Positions 12,559-24,925 of a stretch of 64,000 bases of DNA are shown one piece after another (position 1 is the first letter of the stretch; each line of letters starts with the position of its first letter). Made by a program: the position numbers and the translations under genes. The notes under the pieces were generated by a model that was not told the DNA's origin, made no database searches, and was given only the letters and a program-made list of their open reading frames with translations. This DNA is from Macrostomum hystrix (lineage: Eukaryota; Animalia; Platyhelminthes). The stretch spans positions 5,022,001-5,086,000 of the forward strand of contig CATNEN010000029.1 of assembly GCA_950097015.1 (NCBI GenBank). The letters are read 5' to 3'.

Positions 12559-15034
12559 TTACATTGGGAAGATGTAGGCGCAGATAGCACTGTACGCGTT
12601 CTTCTCATTTGTGCAGAATTCGTTGAATTCCTCGAATCCCAATAGCTGCGAGTCCTGAGTCTGCGGCTGCGATGAGAGAGATCGTTGATGAAAAACCAAC
12701 TCCACCAACTCTCTACATCTACTCACTACTCAACTCCATCTACTCACTACTCAACTCCATCTACTCACTACTCAACTCCATCTACTCACTACTCAACTCC
12801 GTCTCCTCTATCGTCATTTCAGGCGAAAGGAGCTGCACTCACAGTTCCGTCAGTAGATTCAACAGCCACAGCGTGTCCATTGCTGTCTTCTACTCGGACC
12901 TGGACTCCGGAGGCAGCCAACGCCTCGCTTGCCGTCTCAGCTTTGTCGTCGGCCACAAAGCTGCGCACGAATCGGCGAAACTCGGCTCTGGGGACGCACC
13001 TGCAGCCGGCCGGGTCCATCACGTCGAATAGCGCTGCGAAGGGCAAAGGGCCATTTAGCAAAGAAGTACACCATTTTACCAGCAGTACAACTTTTCACTC
13101 ATATTATGAACTTCAGGTGTCACTCATTAATTCTTCATGTGTCACTCATAAATTCTACAAATGTCACTCATTTATTCTTAAGGTGTCACTCACTACTGCT
13201 TCATGTGTCACTCCATCATTCTTCAGGTGTCACTCATTAATTCTTCAGGTGTCACTCATTAATTCTTCAGGTGTCACTCATTAATGCTTCAGGTGTCACT
13301 CATTAATGCTTCAGGTGTCACTCATTAATGCTTCAGGTGTCACTCATTAATGCTTCAGGTGTCACTCATTAATGCTTCAGGTGTCACTCATTAATGCTTC
13401 AGGTGTCACTCATTAATGCTTCAGGTGTCACCGCTTAATGTTTCAGGTGTCACTCCATCATTCCTCAGGTGTCACTCGATCATTCTTCTGGTGTCATTCA
13501 TTAATTCTTTAGGTGTCACTCAATGATTCATTAGGTGTCACTTTATCATCCTTCAGTTGTCACTAAATGATCCTTCAGGACAATCTCAGGTGTCACTCAA
13601 TGATCCTTTAGGTCCAATTATCCTACAGTCAGTACCTGAATTTCTTTCGCAAGAATTCAAAGAAGCACACCTTGAATTCTCTCCGCTTCTTCGACACTGC
13701 CCACCCGGTTGCTGAGCATCATGAGCCTGACGAAGCCGTCAAACTTCAGGCAGTTGGTCCGGGCGTCAGAGAACGCGTAATACACCGAGCGCATGTCTGA
13801 TTCCTCACGCCGCAGCTGGGACTCAGGGTACAGCTCAATAAACTCCTGAGCATGATACGGCAAGCTAAGTCCGTTTGGGATTTTATCGTTGATTTAATCA
13901 CTATCCTATTCTTCTTTCCCCTTCCAATCTTCCTTCCCCTTCCACTCTTCCTTCCCCTTCCACTCTTCCTTCCCCTTCCACTCTTCCTTCCCCTTCCACT
14001 CTTCCTTCCCCTTCCACTCTTCCTTCCCCTTCTACTCTTCCTTATCCTTCCACTCTTCCTTATCCTTCCACTCTTCCTTCCCCTTCCACTCTTCCTTATC
14101 CTTCCACTCTTCCTTATCCTTCCACTCTTCCTTCCCCTTCCACTCTTCCTTCCCCTTCCACTCTTCGTTCCCCTTCCACTCTTCCCTCCCCTTCCACTCT
14201 TCCTTCCCCTTCCACTCTTCCTTCCCCTTCCCCTAAGACAAAGTTCTTATATTAAATAACATGAAAAAGCTCGCTGAATACTACTGACAAAAATAAGTAG
14301 GGCGTTTCGATTAGGCAAAAAATGCTTTCTTAGCTCTTTGATCATTTAAAAGGATGACAAAATTGCAGCTTTGGCTAGTTACACCAAGAAGGCAGTCTCT
14401 GTACACTTCATTTGATAAAATGACTTGATTTCTGCATTGAATTCTCAGTGTAAGACCATAAAAATGTCAGCCTTCTAAGCCTTTTGTTTTTCTGCGGCTC
14501 TGCTAGCTAGCTCTTAGTCAAATACGACCAGAGTAATATTGGCAGCACACGTGTTCCTTACCTTGAAGCTAATATAGCGCTTGCCTTTGCCAGCCTTCTT
14601 AAACATTTCCTCCAGCTTAGCCATCTGGTCCTCCGACACTGCAAAAGCAGAGGGAGAGAGAAGAGAAAGTGCTCAGGACCCGAGCAAGTGCGCAATGACT
14701 AGCTGAGAGTGGGAATACAAATTTCTAGAATCCATTCTCATTTGTTGCCCGCAGTACTTTACTGCAGCATGGCTGTTGCCACTGGATTGCTGTGAGTATC
14801 CGCACTATCTATGCGCTTGGATCTGGCCATCCGCCTGCTTATCTCATCCCATTTCCTATTCTAAGACGCATTACTCTTCTAGCTGTTGTTTATCTATCAG
14901 TCTGATCACAGTCTGTGTGACTACTCACTCCTAAATTATCCCGCCCCAATTATCCGGGTGGACTCACGCGTGTGCCGCTCCATCAGGCAGACTCGCCGCC
15001 TAGCCGAAGCTCCATTGCCGCAGCTGTTGCCCAT
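12559..15034 (-). CDS. NCS/recoverin/calcineurin-B-like four-EF-hand protein, 186 aa, 5 exons
   Basis: Exons 15034-14968, 14638-14562, 13845-13671, 13033-12900 and 12666-12559, all GT-AG and phase-consistent. Protein MGNSCGNGASARRRVCLMERHTLSEDQMAKLEEMFKKAGKGKRYISFKEFIELY...GSVEEAERIQALFDVMDPAGCRCVPRAEF...LLGFEEFNEFCTNEKNAYSAICAYIFPM*. Spacing parallels NCS-1 ([27 protein letters not shown]). Confidence 0.8.
12705..12800. repeat. Minisatellite, 21-bp unit CATCTACTCACTACTCAACTC (NCS-like intron 4)
   Basis: About 4 copies. Confidence 0.88.
13105..13605. repeat. Minisatellite, 22-bp unit CTTCAGGTGTCACTCATTAATG (NCS-like intron 3)
   Basis: Perfect core with degenerate flanks. Confidence 0.92.
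13905..14230. repeat. Minisatellite, 18-bp unit CTTCCTTCCCCTTCCACT (NCS-like intron 2)
   Basis: Direct inspection. Confidence 0.93.
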
Positions 15035-15639
15035 GCGGTCAGAGTACTGAAGACTAAGCTGCTGCTGCTGCTGCTGCTGCCGCGGCTGTTGAAAGTGGCA
15101 ATCGAAACAGAGAGAGAGAAAGGAACTTTTTAGGTAAGTTACAAAATTAGTTTCAATAATAAATTTTCTAACCCGATGCGCAATTAAGACTCTATGCGGC
15201 GCACCCAGCCACAGGTTAGTAAAAGAATTTTTCTTTTGGGGTCACATTCTCTCCTCCCACCATTCAACCCGCCCTCAATTGGTCAATCTGTGGTTGGCCT
15301 GCTTTGCAAAGAGTCGCATTCCATTGCTTTTGTGTGCGTGTGTCAAATTGACGGCCTGCTATACTATAGGCATAGTTTGAACCCCACTCGCTCTATATGG
15401 AACTATTGGTTCGTCCGCCCTTGCTTAAATTTTTGAAAATTATAGACAACTTGAAATTTTCTGCCCGTTATATATTATAATACGAAAAATATAAATATTA
15501 GGATACTTTTTTAAAGATTGTGAATTCAAACTCTTTAGCTTGCTCAACCTTTGGCTTCTCAGCAGAAAGGTCTCCTTACCCCTGCCTCCAAATGTCTTCC
15601 TCACTTCCCATTGCTCATGCCTCACAATTAACCTTCCAA

Positions 15640-15985
15640 TGCCCTCACCCTCACCCTCTCCATGCCCTCACCCTCTCCATGCCCTCACCCTCTCCATGCC
15701 CTCACCCTCACCCTCTCCATGCCCTCACCCTCACCCTCTCCATGCCCTGACCCTCTCCATGCCCTCACCCTCTCCATGCCCTCACCCTCTCCATGCCCTC
15801 ACCCTCTCCATGCCCTCACCCTCTCCATGCCCTCACCCTCTCCATGCCCTCACCCTCACCCTCTCCATGCCCTCACCCTCACCCTCCCAATGCCCTCACC
15901 CTCACTCTCTCCATGCCCTCACCCTTACCCTCTCCATGCCCTCACCCTCACCCTCCCAATGCCCTCACCCTCACCCTCTCATGCA
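15640..15985. repeat. Minisatellite, 17/23-bp unit CCCTCACCCTCTCCATG
   Basis: Variable number of CCCTCA subunits. Confidence 0.92.
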
Positions 15986-16479
15986 CCCTCACCTTCTGTC
16001 ATTATTCAGTCTGGTTTAGCTTCATGTCGTACCATATTCGCAGAGAATTTTCTCTTCGAGTAGAACAAAAGACTGACGCCAACGCCCTTTAGCCGCCCCC
16101 ACAATCACCCGAGCTGCTGAGCTGTTCTGAGACACTTTGCTTTTATGACACAACAATAAAATATTTCTATTCTATTAAGAAAGAGGCCACATTGAAGGGC
16201 GTAGGGGGAAGGGAGGGTCATCAGATGTGACCCTCAGCTAGATTTTACCTGTGTCAACAAGCTGCAAATGATCTTTCTCACACTACTCAGACTGAGGAAT
16301 ATTCTATGTGAGCTGAATGCCAGATAGAAGTGACAGAACTGTGAGATTCTTTGAGTTCATACTAGCACTGAGTCACACTCAATCTGGACTATGAACGAAA
16401 TAACTATTCTGAGATCAAAAGTGGGAAGACAGGGTAGATTAAGATTTTGATTAAGGAGAATAGAAAATTTGGCAGATGG

Positions 16480-17270
16480 GAGATTTGAGGAGAGGGAAAG
16501 ATTGGGCAGAGGTGGAGATTTGTGAATGGGGAAGATTGGGAAGAGGGGAAGATTGGGGAATGGGGAAGATTGGGGAGAGGGGAAGATTGGGGAGAGGGGA
16601 AGATTGGGGAGAGGGGAAGATTGGGGAGAGGGGAAGATTGGGGAGAGGGGAAGATTGGGGAGAGGTGAAGATTTGGTAGATGGGGAAGGTTTTTGGAAGA
16701 GGGGAAGATTAGGGAGAGGGAAGATTGGGGAGTGGGGAAGATTGGGAAGAGGGGAAGATTGGGGAATGGGGAAGATTGGGGAATGGGGAAGATTCGGCAA
16801 TGGGGAAGATTGGGAAGAGGGGAAGATTTGGGAATGGGGAAGATTGGGAAGAGGGGAAGATTGGGGAATGGGGAAGATTGGGGAGAGGGGAAGACTGGGG
16901 AGAGGTGAAGATTTGGGAATGCGGAAGGTTTAGGAAGAGGTGAAGATTAGGGAGAGGGAAGATTGGGGAGTGGGGAAGATTGGGGAATAGGGAAGATTGG
17001 GGAATAGGGAAGATTGGGAAGAGCGGAAGATTGTGGAATGGGGAAGATTGGGAAGAGGGGAAGATTGGGGAATTGGGAAGATTGGGGAGAGGGGAAGATT
17101 GGGAAGAGGGGAAGATTAGGAAGAGGGGAAGATTAGGAAGAGGGGAAGATTATGGAGAGAGGAAGATTGGGTAGAGGGGAAGATTAGAGAGAGGGAAATG
17201 TTCAGGAAGAGGGGAAGATTGGTGAATGGGGAAGATTGGGAAGAGGGGAAGATAGGGAAGACGGGAAGAT
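16480..17270. repeat. G-rich minisatellite, 17-bp unit GGGGAAGATTGGGGAGA
   Basis: Two G3-4 tracts per unit. Confidence 0.94.
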
Positions 17271-17807
17271 TAACCAGAGTTTAAGCAGAGAGGGAAGAAG
17301 CTGGCTCGTAAAAATATTTAAGAAAATGGGATAGTTGTTTGAGGAAAAGTAAAATAATACGATAGACAATATTAGATGGCACCTAGGATTGAAATAGATA
17401 TTTGGCCGTGAAATATTTCATATTTTATTCTCTCCAGCGTCTCAACTGGCCTTTGGCAGGTCTCGTTGCTCAGGAAAAGAAATCGCGTGTCACTCATATA
17501 AATATTCCAACAAAAGAAGTAGGAGAATCATGAATCATGATGTCGTGATGTCTCGCGTGGACATTATGGTGTCAGGTGTTTCGGGGCTGTAGAGAAAAGA
17601 TCTCTGTCAAACGTCAATGACGTGTTGACTTCTGTAGGGAAATTGCCCAGGAGAAAATCAGTCTGTTCCCCACCCTGCAGAACTGCACATTTCTTTCTTT
17701 GACGCAGAAAACAAACCAATGCACTTTTGTGGGCGCCTCTATTGACTCAGAAATAGATTGGTATGTGGCTGTCGGTGAGTTCATCAAAGGACACCTGCAC
17801 CTTTCCG

Positions 17808-18125
17808 AGTGACAGACTGCAAGAATGTTATCCGGGTGACAGACTGCAAGAATGCCATTCGAGTGACAGACTGCAAGAATGCCATTCGAGTGACAGACTG
17901 CAAGAATGCCATTCGAGTGACAGACTGCAAGAATGCCATTCGAGTGACAGACTGCAAGAATGCCACATTGACAGACTGCAAGAATGCCACATTGACAGAC
18001 TGCAAGAATGCCATTCGAGTGACAGACTGCAAGAATCACACCCGAGTGACAGACTGCACCGATCACACCCGAGTGACAGACTGCACCGATCACACCCGAG
18101 TGACAGACTGCACCGATCACACCCT
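17808..18125. repeat. Minisatellite, 27-bp unit GAGTGACAGACTGCAAGAATGCCATTC
   Basis: Includes shortened and variant units at the right end. Confidence 0.92.
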
Positions 18126-18659
18126 AGTTGCAATACGAGATGAGAATGGAACAACAAAAACCTTTGAAAATATTTTAAATATGAATATTAAAAAACTCCG
18201 TTAGGTATGCATTGCTGATAAGTACATTGTATTATATGTGATTCTAATAATTATTTTTTAAGCACATTGTAGTTAGGCTTTGATTTGATTCCGGATCAAA
18301 CCGAGAAAAACTGGTGCAAGCAATACACTTATGAAAATTAAATTTCTAAGAAAAAAGCACAAAACAGGATTCAGACATAATCAGCGGATTATTTTATTGT
18401 GGTTAAAATCACTGCAGCCAATCAAATGCATTCTCGATACAAAGAGGATTATGCAAGCTTTTGACTCGACTCAACTCAGTCTATATTTGAGCAGTCAATC
18501 TGATTAAAGTTGGGTAAAACTGTTCGCCAGCTGATCTCCCGAATCCCAGAAATTCAGAGCTGTTTACTCAAATTTCCTACCAACTTTGCGGATTAGGACA
18601 GCACTCGTGCACTTGACTCGGAACAACACACCCACCTTGCTAAAACACTGCCTACTCAC

Positions 18660-19148
18660 ACCCACTGACCCTTCATCTCCCCCTGACTCACTGGATCTCA
18701 CCCTCTCCCACGGACCCTTCATCTCCCACTGACTCACTGGATCTAACCCTCTCCCACGGACCCTTCATCTCCCCTGACTCACTCCGGATCTCACCCTCTC
18801 CCACGGACCCTTCATCTCCCCTGACTCACTCCGGATCTCACCCTCTCCCACGGATCCTTCATCTCCCACTGACTCACTCCGGATCTCACCCTCTCCCACG
18901 GGCCCTTCATCTCCCCCTGACTCACTCCGGATCTCACCCTCTCCCACCGACCCTTCATCTCCCCTGACTCACTCCGGATCTCACCCTCTCCCACGGGCCC
19001 TTCATCTCCCACTGACTCACTCCGGATCTCACCCTCTCCCACGGGCCCTTCATCTCCCCCTGACTCACTCCGGATCTCACCCTCTCCCACGGACCCTTCA
19101 TCTCCCACTGACTCACTCCGGATCTCACCCTCTCCCACGGACCCTTTA
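18660..19148. repeat. Minisatellite, 47-48-bp unit CCCTTCATCTCCCCTGACTCACTCCGGATCTCACCCTCTCCCACGGA, block 1
   Basis: Same unit as 20305-21245. Confidence 0.95.
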
Positions 19149-19784
19149 TCCGCTAAGATTCAAAGCGGTCCATTAAAGCCTAGATAGGTGACTCAGATCA
19201 GACACAGTCGAGTTGGCAGCGGTAAAAAGCTCTCATGGTGTCAATGGGAATAATCTAGTTGAGAAAATGGCGGCCGACTAGCAGGTCGTCTCGACTGAGG
19301 ATTGTTGACTGAGGCAAAGCAAGATGAGTGGGGAGAAACAGTCCCTTAAGATTTCGGCAAACATTAAGCATTTCAAAGAAATAAGTTTCCTTTGTGTCAA
19401 TCAACCACAAGTAGAATCCACTTGAAAATTAGCGAAATGCGCCCATGATCTAAATGCGCATGTTGCATTAAGTCCATTCGGAACGGACGCGGCGCAGATC
19501 ATTAGAATTAAATCATTCTCCTAAGGACACGAAAATTCAATAAAGCTTCGCTGCTCTTTTCCCAGCTTAAATGATTCATTTACGGCCCGCAAAACATTTC
19601 CCGCGTTCTTCAGACATCCACAAGAAAAATTAGGAAGACATTCGCCGCAAATCTATAATGAAATATTAGACTAATTTTATAAGTCCGGACAAAATCTTAG
19701 AATTGCTTGGTGAGCTGACCGAGATTTGATAGCAAAATTATAGAAATTGTTGACTACAGGAATCAACGAATACCGAAATCTCCG

Positions 19785-19940
19785 GAAATCTCCGGATTTA
19801 GAAATCTCCGGATTTAGAAATCTCCGGATTTAGAAATCTCCGGATTTAGAAATCTCCGGATTTAGAAATCTCCGGATTTAGAAATCTCCGGATTTAGAAA
19901 TCTCCGGATTTAGAAATCTCCGGATTTAGAAATCTCCGGT
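19785..19940. repeat. Minisatellite, 16-bp unit GAAATCTCCGGATTTA
   Basis: About 9 perfect copies. Confidence 0.93.
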
Positions 19941-20304
19941 GACTCATTCAGAAACATTATCAGGCACCTTAAATACCTACAAATCATAGATGCAATTTTC
20001 TAAAACACTTTAACATACTCGCGGACAATCTGAATTTTGCGCAATCATAATTGGAAATGAAAAAGCAAAAAATGACAATTAATAAACCTCCCAATACTTT
20101 AGTCGACAATTGGCTGAGCACATTGCCAAACTAAAAGGCATGCCTGCCTGATTGCACAAAAAACTGGAACATTGTTTGGAAAACATTTTGTTCGCAACAA
20201 AGTCTAAGATATTTCTTGCTGGTGCAACCTTTTTGCGCAGAAGACTTAAAATTAACATGCATTTTTATGGAGAGCAAGTCGGAAGAATTTACAGCAAAAA
20301 TCTT

Positions 20305-21245
20305 ACTTCCCACTGACCCTTCATCTCCCCCCTGTCTCACTCTGGATCACACCCTCTCCCACCGACCCTTCATCTCCCCCTGTCTCACTCCGGATCTCAC
20401 CCTCTCCCACCGACCCTTCATCTCCCCTGACTCACTCCGGATCTCACCCTCTCCCACCGACCCTTCATCTCCCCTGACTCACTCCGGATCTCACCCTCTC
20501 CCACGGGCCCTTCATCTCCCCTGACTCACTCCGGATCTCACCCTCTCCCACGGGCCCTTCATCTCCCCTGACTCACTCCGGATCTCACCCTCTCCCACCG
20601 ACCCTTCATCTCCCACTGTCTCACTCCGGATCTCACCCTCTCCCACCGACCCTTCATCTCCCACTGTCTCACTCCGGATCTCACCCTCTCCCACCGACCC
20701 TTCATCTCCCACTGTCTCACTCCGGATCTCACCCTCTCCCACCGACCCTTTATCTCTCACTGTCTCACTCCGGGGATCTCACCCTCTCCCACCGACCCTT
20801 CATCTCCCCTGTCTCACTCCGGATCTCACCCTCTCCCACCGACCCTTCATCTCCCCTGACTCACTCCGGATCTCACCCTCTCCCACCGACCCTTCATCTC
20901 CCCTGACTCACTCCGGATCTCACCCTCTCCCACGGGCCCTTCATCTCCCCTGACTCACTCCGGATCTCACCCTCTCCCACCGACCCTTCATCTCCCACTG
21001 TCTCACTCCGGATCTCACCCTCTCCCACCGACCCTTCATCTCCCACTGTCTCACTCCGGATCTCACCCTCTCCCACCGACCCTTTATCTCTCACTGTCTC
21101 ACTCCGGGGATCTCACCCTCTCCCACCGACCCTTCATCTCCACTGACTCACTCCGGATCTCACCCTCTCCCACCGACCCTTCATCTCCCCTGACTCACTC
21201 CGGATCTCACTCTCTCCAACTGACCCTTCATCTCCCCCTGACTCC
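20305..21245. repeat. Minisatellite, 47-48-bp unit, block 2
   Basis: Same unit as 18660-19148. Contains an internal higher-order duplication (the ccgggga variant recurs about 334 bp apart). Confidence 0.95.
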
Positions 21246-21869
21246 ATGAAGTCCGTCTGGTTAGTCGTTACAGTTGCTCTTATCTGGTCTCATCCGTCAT
21301 TCTGCTCAAATCTCTGCTATTTCAGACTGACTACTAGCTAAATATCTGCTTCGATCCATGTCGGCCAGGACTCATAGAAATTCTTATAAAATTCGCCGTA
21401 GAAAAACAAAATCCCAAGAGATTTCCGAATTTGCTTCAGACGGGGAAGTTGAAATTGTGTGAGGAGAAGGCCGAGGAAATCATCAATCAGTTACTAGAAT
21501 TCGTCAAACTTTGCTATTGCATGAAATACAGAGAGAAAGATTAATAGTTCGTGCTTTTTCATCCAACTTCTTAGAAAAGCAAAATACCCTTTGCACAGTA
21601 AATTTATTTTTGTTTTGCAAATTTCAGTTTTGATTTAAATATTACTTATAAAAAATATCATGACAAATTAGTAAATCATTATTTATTAAATTAAATATAT
21701 ATCATTGAGTAGAATGTTGTCTTAATGACAGATATGATAGCATTTGTACCAAGCAAGTAGCTCATGTCTATTTTACATTTTTAGTGCAGGAAATATTATT
21801 GCTAGCAATAATAATAAGAAACCTCCAATATACTAGTATATTGTTACTGTCCGTTGATTCTTATTCTAA

Positions 21870-22150
21870 CAGCCAATCAATGTCAAGGGAGGAGAATAGT
21901 TGTTGCAATACGAAGCAACCAATAAGCTTTAAGAGTAGTGAGGTGGGTGATGTTTAAGAAACAGCCAATGAGCGGTCAGGGTAATGGGGTGGGTGCTGCG
22001 AAATGAAGCAACCAATGAGCGTTTGAGATCAAATGGGTGGATAGGGTAAATGTTACAAAAATGAGCGGTTAAGGTAGTGAGGTGGTTGCTTAAAATTCAA
22101 CAACCAATGAACGTTTGAGTAGTGAGGTTGATGGTGCTCATAAAACCGCT
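21870..22150 (+). promoter_or_regulatory. Degenerate ~46-bp repeat carrying phased CCAAT (NF-Y-type) boxes
   Basis: CCAAT at 21873, 21919, 21965, 22012 and 22104, and AAAAT at the equivalent ~22058 position; spacing 46-47 bp. Regulatory function is inference. Confidence 0.45.
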
Positions 22151-22659
22151 AATTAGCAGGGAATAAAATGAAATTATGATCAGGCAAGAGAATACATTCA
22201 GTAGTGTACTACAGGCAAATAAGCAGATTTAGCTCTATTATCGAGGTAGGATAAGCTGGAAACTCAATTTTTAAAAGCAAGGCCGTAACTATGAGTACTT
22301 GCCTATGAGAGAGGAGGGTTGAGAGGAAGGGCTTTCAACCCAACTATGATTCTTTTCGGCAACGTAGTCCGTACAGATTGTTGTTCGTCAATAGAATAGT
22401 TTTCTGCATAACACCTTTCTCCTAGACCTGGCTGGGTTTTAAAGCTAAAGCTCGCTTCCTTCCTACCTTGCAATCCATCGTTGAAGAGAAGTTGGATGGC
22501 GGTAATAAAAAGCTCCATCAAAACAGAAAGTTGTCAGCAGTCGGCGGCCCTTGTTGTTGGCTTGCGGAATGAAACAAATTAAATTAATTTTAAACTAATC
22601 TGTGCATTAGAAAACGTTAAATTAAACACGTGCGAACTAAAAGCTAGTATACTAGATGC

Positions 22660-23438
22660 AGACAGACGACAGATGGACTGGAGACAGGTGGACTGGGGAT
22701 AGGTGGGCTGGGGATAGGTGGACTGGGGACAGGTGGACTGTAGACAGGTGGACTGGAGACAGGTGGACTGGAGACAGGTGGACTGGGGATAGGTGGGCTG
22801 GGGATAGGTGGACTGGGGACAGGTGGACTGTAGACAGGTGGACTGGAGACAGGTGGACTGGAGACAGGTGGACTGGGGATAGGTGGGCTGGGGATAGGTG
22901 GACTGGGGATAGGTGGACTGGGGATAGGTGGACTGGGGACAGGTGGACTGTAGACAGGTGGACTGGAGACAGGTGGACTGGAGACAGGTGGACTGGGGAT
23001 AGGTGGACTGTAGACGGGTGGACTGGAGACAGGTGGACTGGGGATAGGTGGACTGTTGACGGGTGGACTGGAGACAGGTGGACTGGGGATAGGTGGACTG
23101 GGAATAGGTGGACTGGAGACGGGTGGACTGGAGACAGGTGGACTGGGGATAGGTGGACTGGGAATAGGTGGACTGTTGACGGGTGGACTGGAGACAGGTG
23201 GACTGGGAATAGGTGGACTGGAGACGGGTGGACTGGAGACAGGTGGACTGGGGATAGGTGGACTGTTGACGGGTGGACTGGAGACAGGTGGACTGGGGAT
23301 AGGTGGACTGTTGACGGGTGGACTGGAGACAGGTGGACTGGGGATAGGTGGACTGGGAATAGGTGGACTGGAGACGGGTGGACTGGAGACAGGTGGACTG
23401 GGGATAGGTGGACTGGGAATAGGTGGACTGGAGACAGG
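22660..23438. repeat. Minisatellite, 15-bp unit GGTGGACTGGAGACA / GGTGGACTGGGGATA
   Basis: Direct inspection. Confidence 0.96.
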
Positions 23439-23633
23439 AGAAGCCTATTTCTAATGATTAAAGACAACAATAAAAGCTTTTAGTAATGCACGAGCAAGAA
23501 AAGAACTGCCCGATAGGACAAAAGTGCTTCCCAGCTCCCAGGATATATTCTGGAACAGGGGACCAGTTTCTTAAAAATGGGCTGAAAAGCTCGGCAGAAA
23601 AGTTTTGAATTTCCAAAGAGCAACGCGTCGGGT

Positions 23634-24779
23634 TTAGCGTCGACACGCGGCCCGAATCCGGCGCACAAATTCACGGCGAAACTTCTTTGCCACCAAGCAG
23701 TAGAGAAAGAAGTTGGCAGAATGATTGGCGTACATCAGCAGCTCCGTGCACGTCTGCGCCAGGTGGTAGCGCGCGAAGAACACTGTGTCGTTGTTCGTCT
23801 CAAAGTTGATGACAGAAGACAGAGAGCTGAACACTTTCAGCACGGTTATCGGCAGGGAGGTGAAGATAAAAAAGAATGACACCAGCAGCAGCATCAGGGT
23901 CACCTGGTTGACGCTGCGGCTGAGGCCGCTGTTCTGATGACTGTGTTGCGACCGGGCCAGCGGCCGCGACTGCAAGTGACCGTACATTGTGGTCGACGCG
24001 CCGAACGCCTGGCTAGAGATGGCGGCTCCTCCGCCGACGGTGGCAGCCAGCGCCAGCGGGCGCAGCCGAACCGACTCACTGGCTTCGGCATTTAACTGGC
24101 CGGAGTAGAGCTTCTTGGAGATGTACAGCTTCCGGATGATGAGGATGTTGCACACGACCAGGATCGAGATGGGAATCAGCGAGTACAACAGAAAGTCCAG
24201 CCAGGCCAGCGGCTGTTTCAACGAGGCGAAGCCCGGGCGGAGGTCGCAGATTCGGTGCGTCCTGTTCGAGCCCGGGCGCCAGTGAAAGTCGTACACGTCT
24301 AGGACGTAGAACCAATGGGCGTTGAGCATCAGGCAGACGGCCAGTAGGCCGCCGATGATGCGTCGGGTGCGGCCAACGGCTGTGTTCGGCGAAGGCAGCC
24401 GGGAGAGCAGCACGAAGACGCGCTCCAGAGTGACGGCTGCGATGAGGAACACGCTGAAATATGTGGCCATTGTAGACAAGAAATTGCTGCCGATGCACAA
24501 CTCTCGACTAAGGACTGAGCAGTCGTGGCCGAGCAGGCACGAGATCCAAGACTTCAGCAGGCCAGACAGCAGGGTGACCTGGTCGGCCACGCTCAGCACA
24601 AGCAGGTAGTTGTGCGTGCCGTTGCGCCTGACGTGACTCATCAGCATCCAAGCGGAGAGACAATTGGCAATGGATCCAACCAGGAGTAACATGGGACTGC
24701 CCACCCAGCAGAGCCATTTGGCGGCACGGAACTCCCAGTGCAGACTGTAAATCAGCAGCTCTTGGTCGGCTAGGGACAT
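23634..24779 (-). CDS. Single-exon class A GPCR, peptide-receptor-like (FMRFamide/myosuppressin-receptor-like group), 381 aa
   Basis: Seven hydrophobic segments with TM1 GSIAN, TM2 LSVAD, TM3 TLERV, TM5 LLYSLIP, TM6 FTSLP and TM7 NHSANFFLY followed by KKFRREF. Confidence 0.9.
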   Translation of the reverse strand: MSLADQELLIYSLHWEFRAAKWLCWVGSPMLLLVGSIANCLSAWMLMSHVRRNGTHNYLLVLSVADQVTLLSGLLKSWISCLLGHDCSVLSRELCIGSNFLSTMATYFSVFLIAAVTLERVFVLLSRLPSPNTAVGRTRRIIGGLLAVCLMLNAHWFYVLDVYDFHWRPGSNRTHRICDLRPGFASLKQPLAWLDFLLYSLIPISILVVCNILIIRKLYISKKLYSGQLNAEASESVRLRPLALAATVGGGAAISSQAFGASTTMYGHLQSRPLARSQHSHQNSGLSRSVNQVTLMLLLVSFFFIFTSLPITVLKVFSSLSSVINFETNNDTVFFARYHLAQTCTELLMYANHSANFFLYCLVAKKFRREFVRRIRAACRR

Positions 24780-24925
24780 TCCTGAGAAGGTTGAGAGCGA
24801 GCTCTTGTTAGAAATTAAGAAGCCTGTGCTACTTTTAGTAAATAAGCGAGAAAGTTTAGATAAACGAGCGATCTAGTATTGGTTGCTGATAAAAGCAGTA
24901 GACTATTTTGAAAAAAAACCAGTTA

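Noticed and set aside
12819-12899. Unspliced C-terminus of the EF-hand ORF
   Set aside because: Splicing at 12900 to the 12666 exon supplies a fourth EF-hand-like helix and a typical NCS length.
19300-21545. Possible + strand exons in inter-array islands, e.g. TGKLKLCEEKAEEIINQLLEFVKLCYCMKYREKD* at ~21431-21543
   Set aside because: The candidate upstream exon (19615-19709) has stops in all frames. It could be noncoding or unannotated but cannot be supported.
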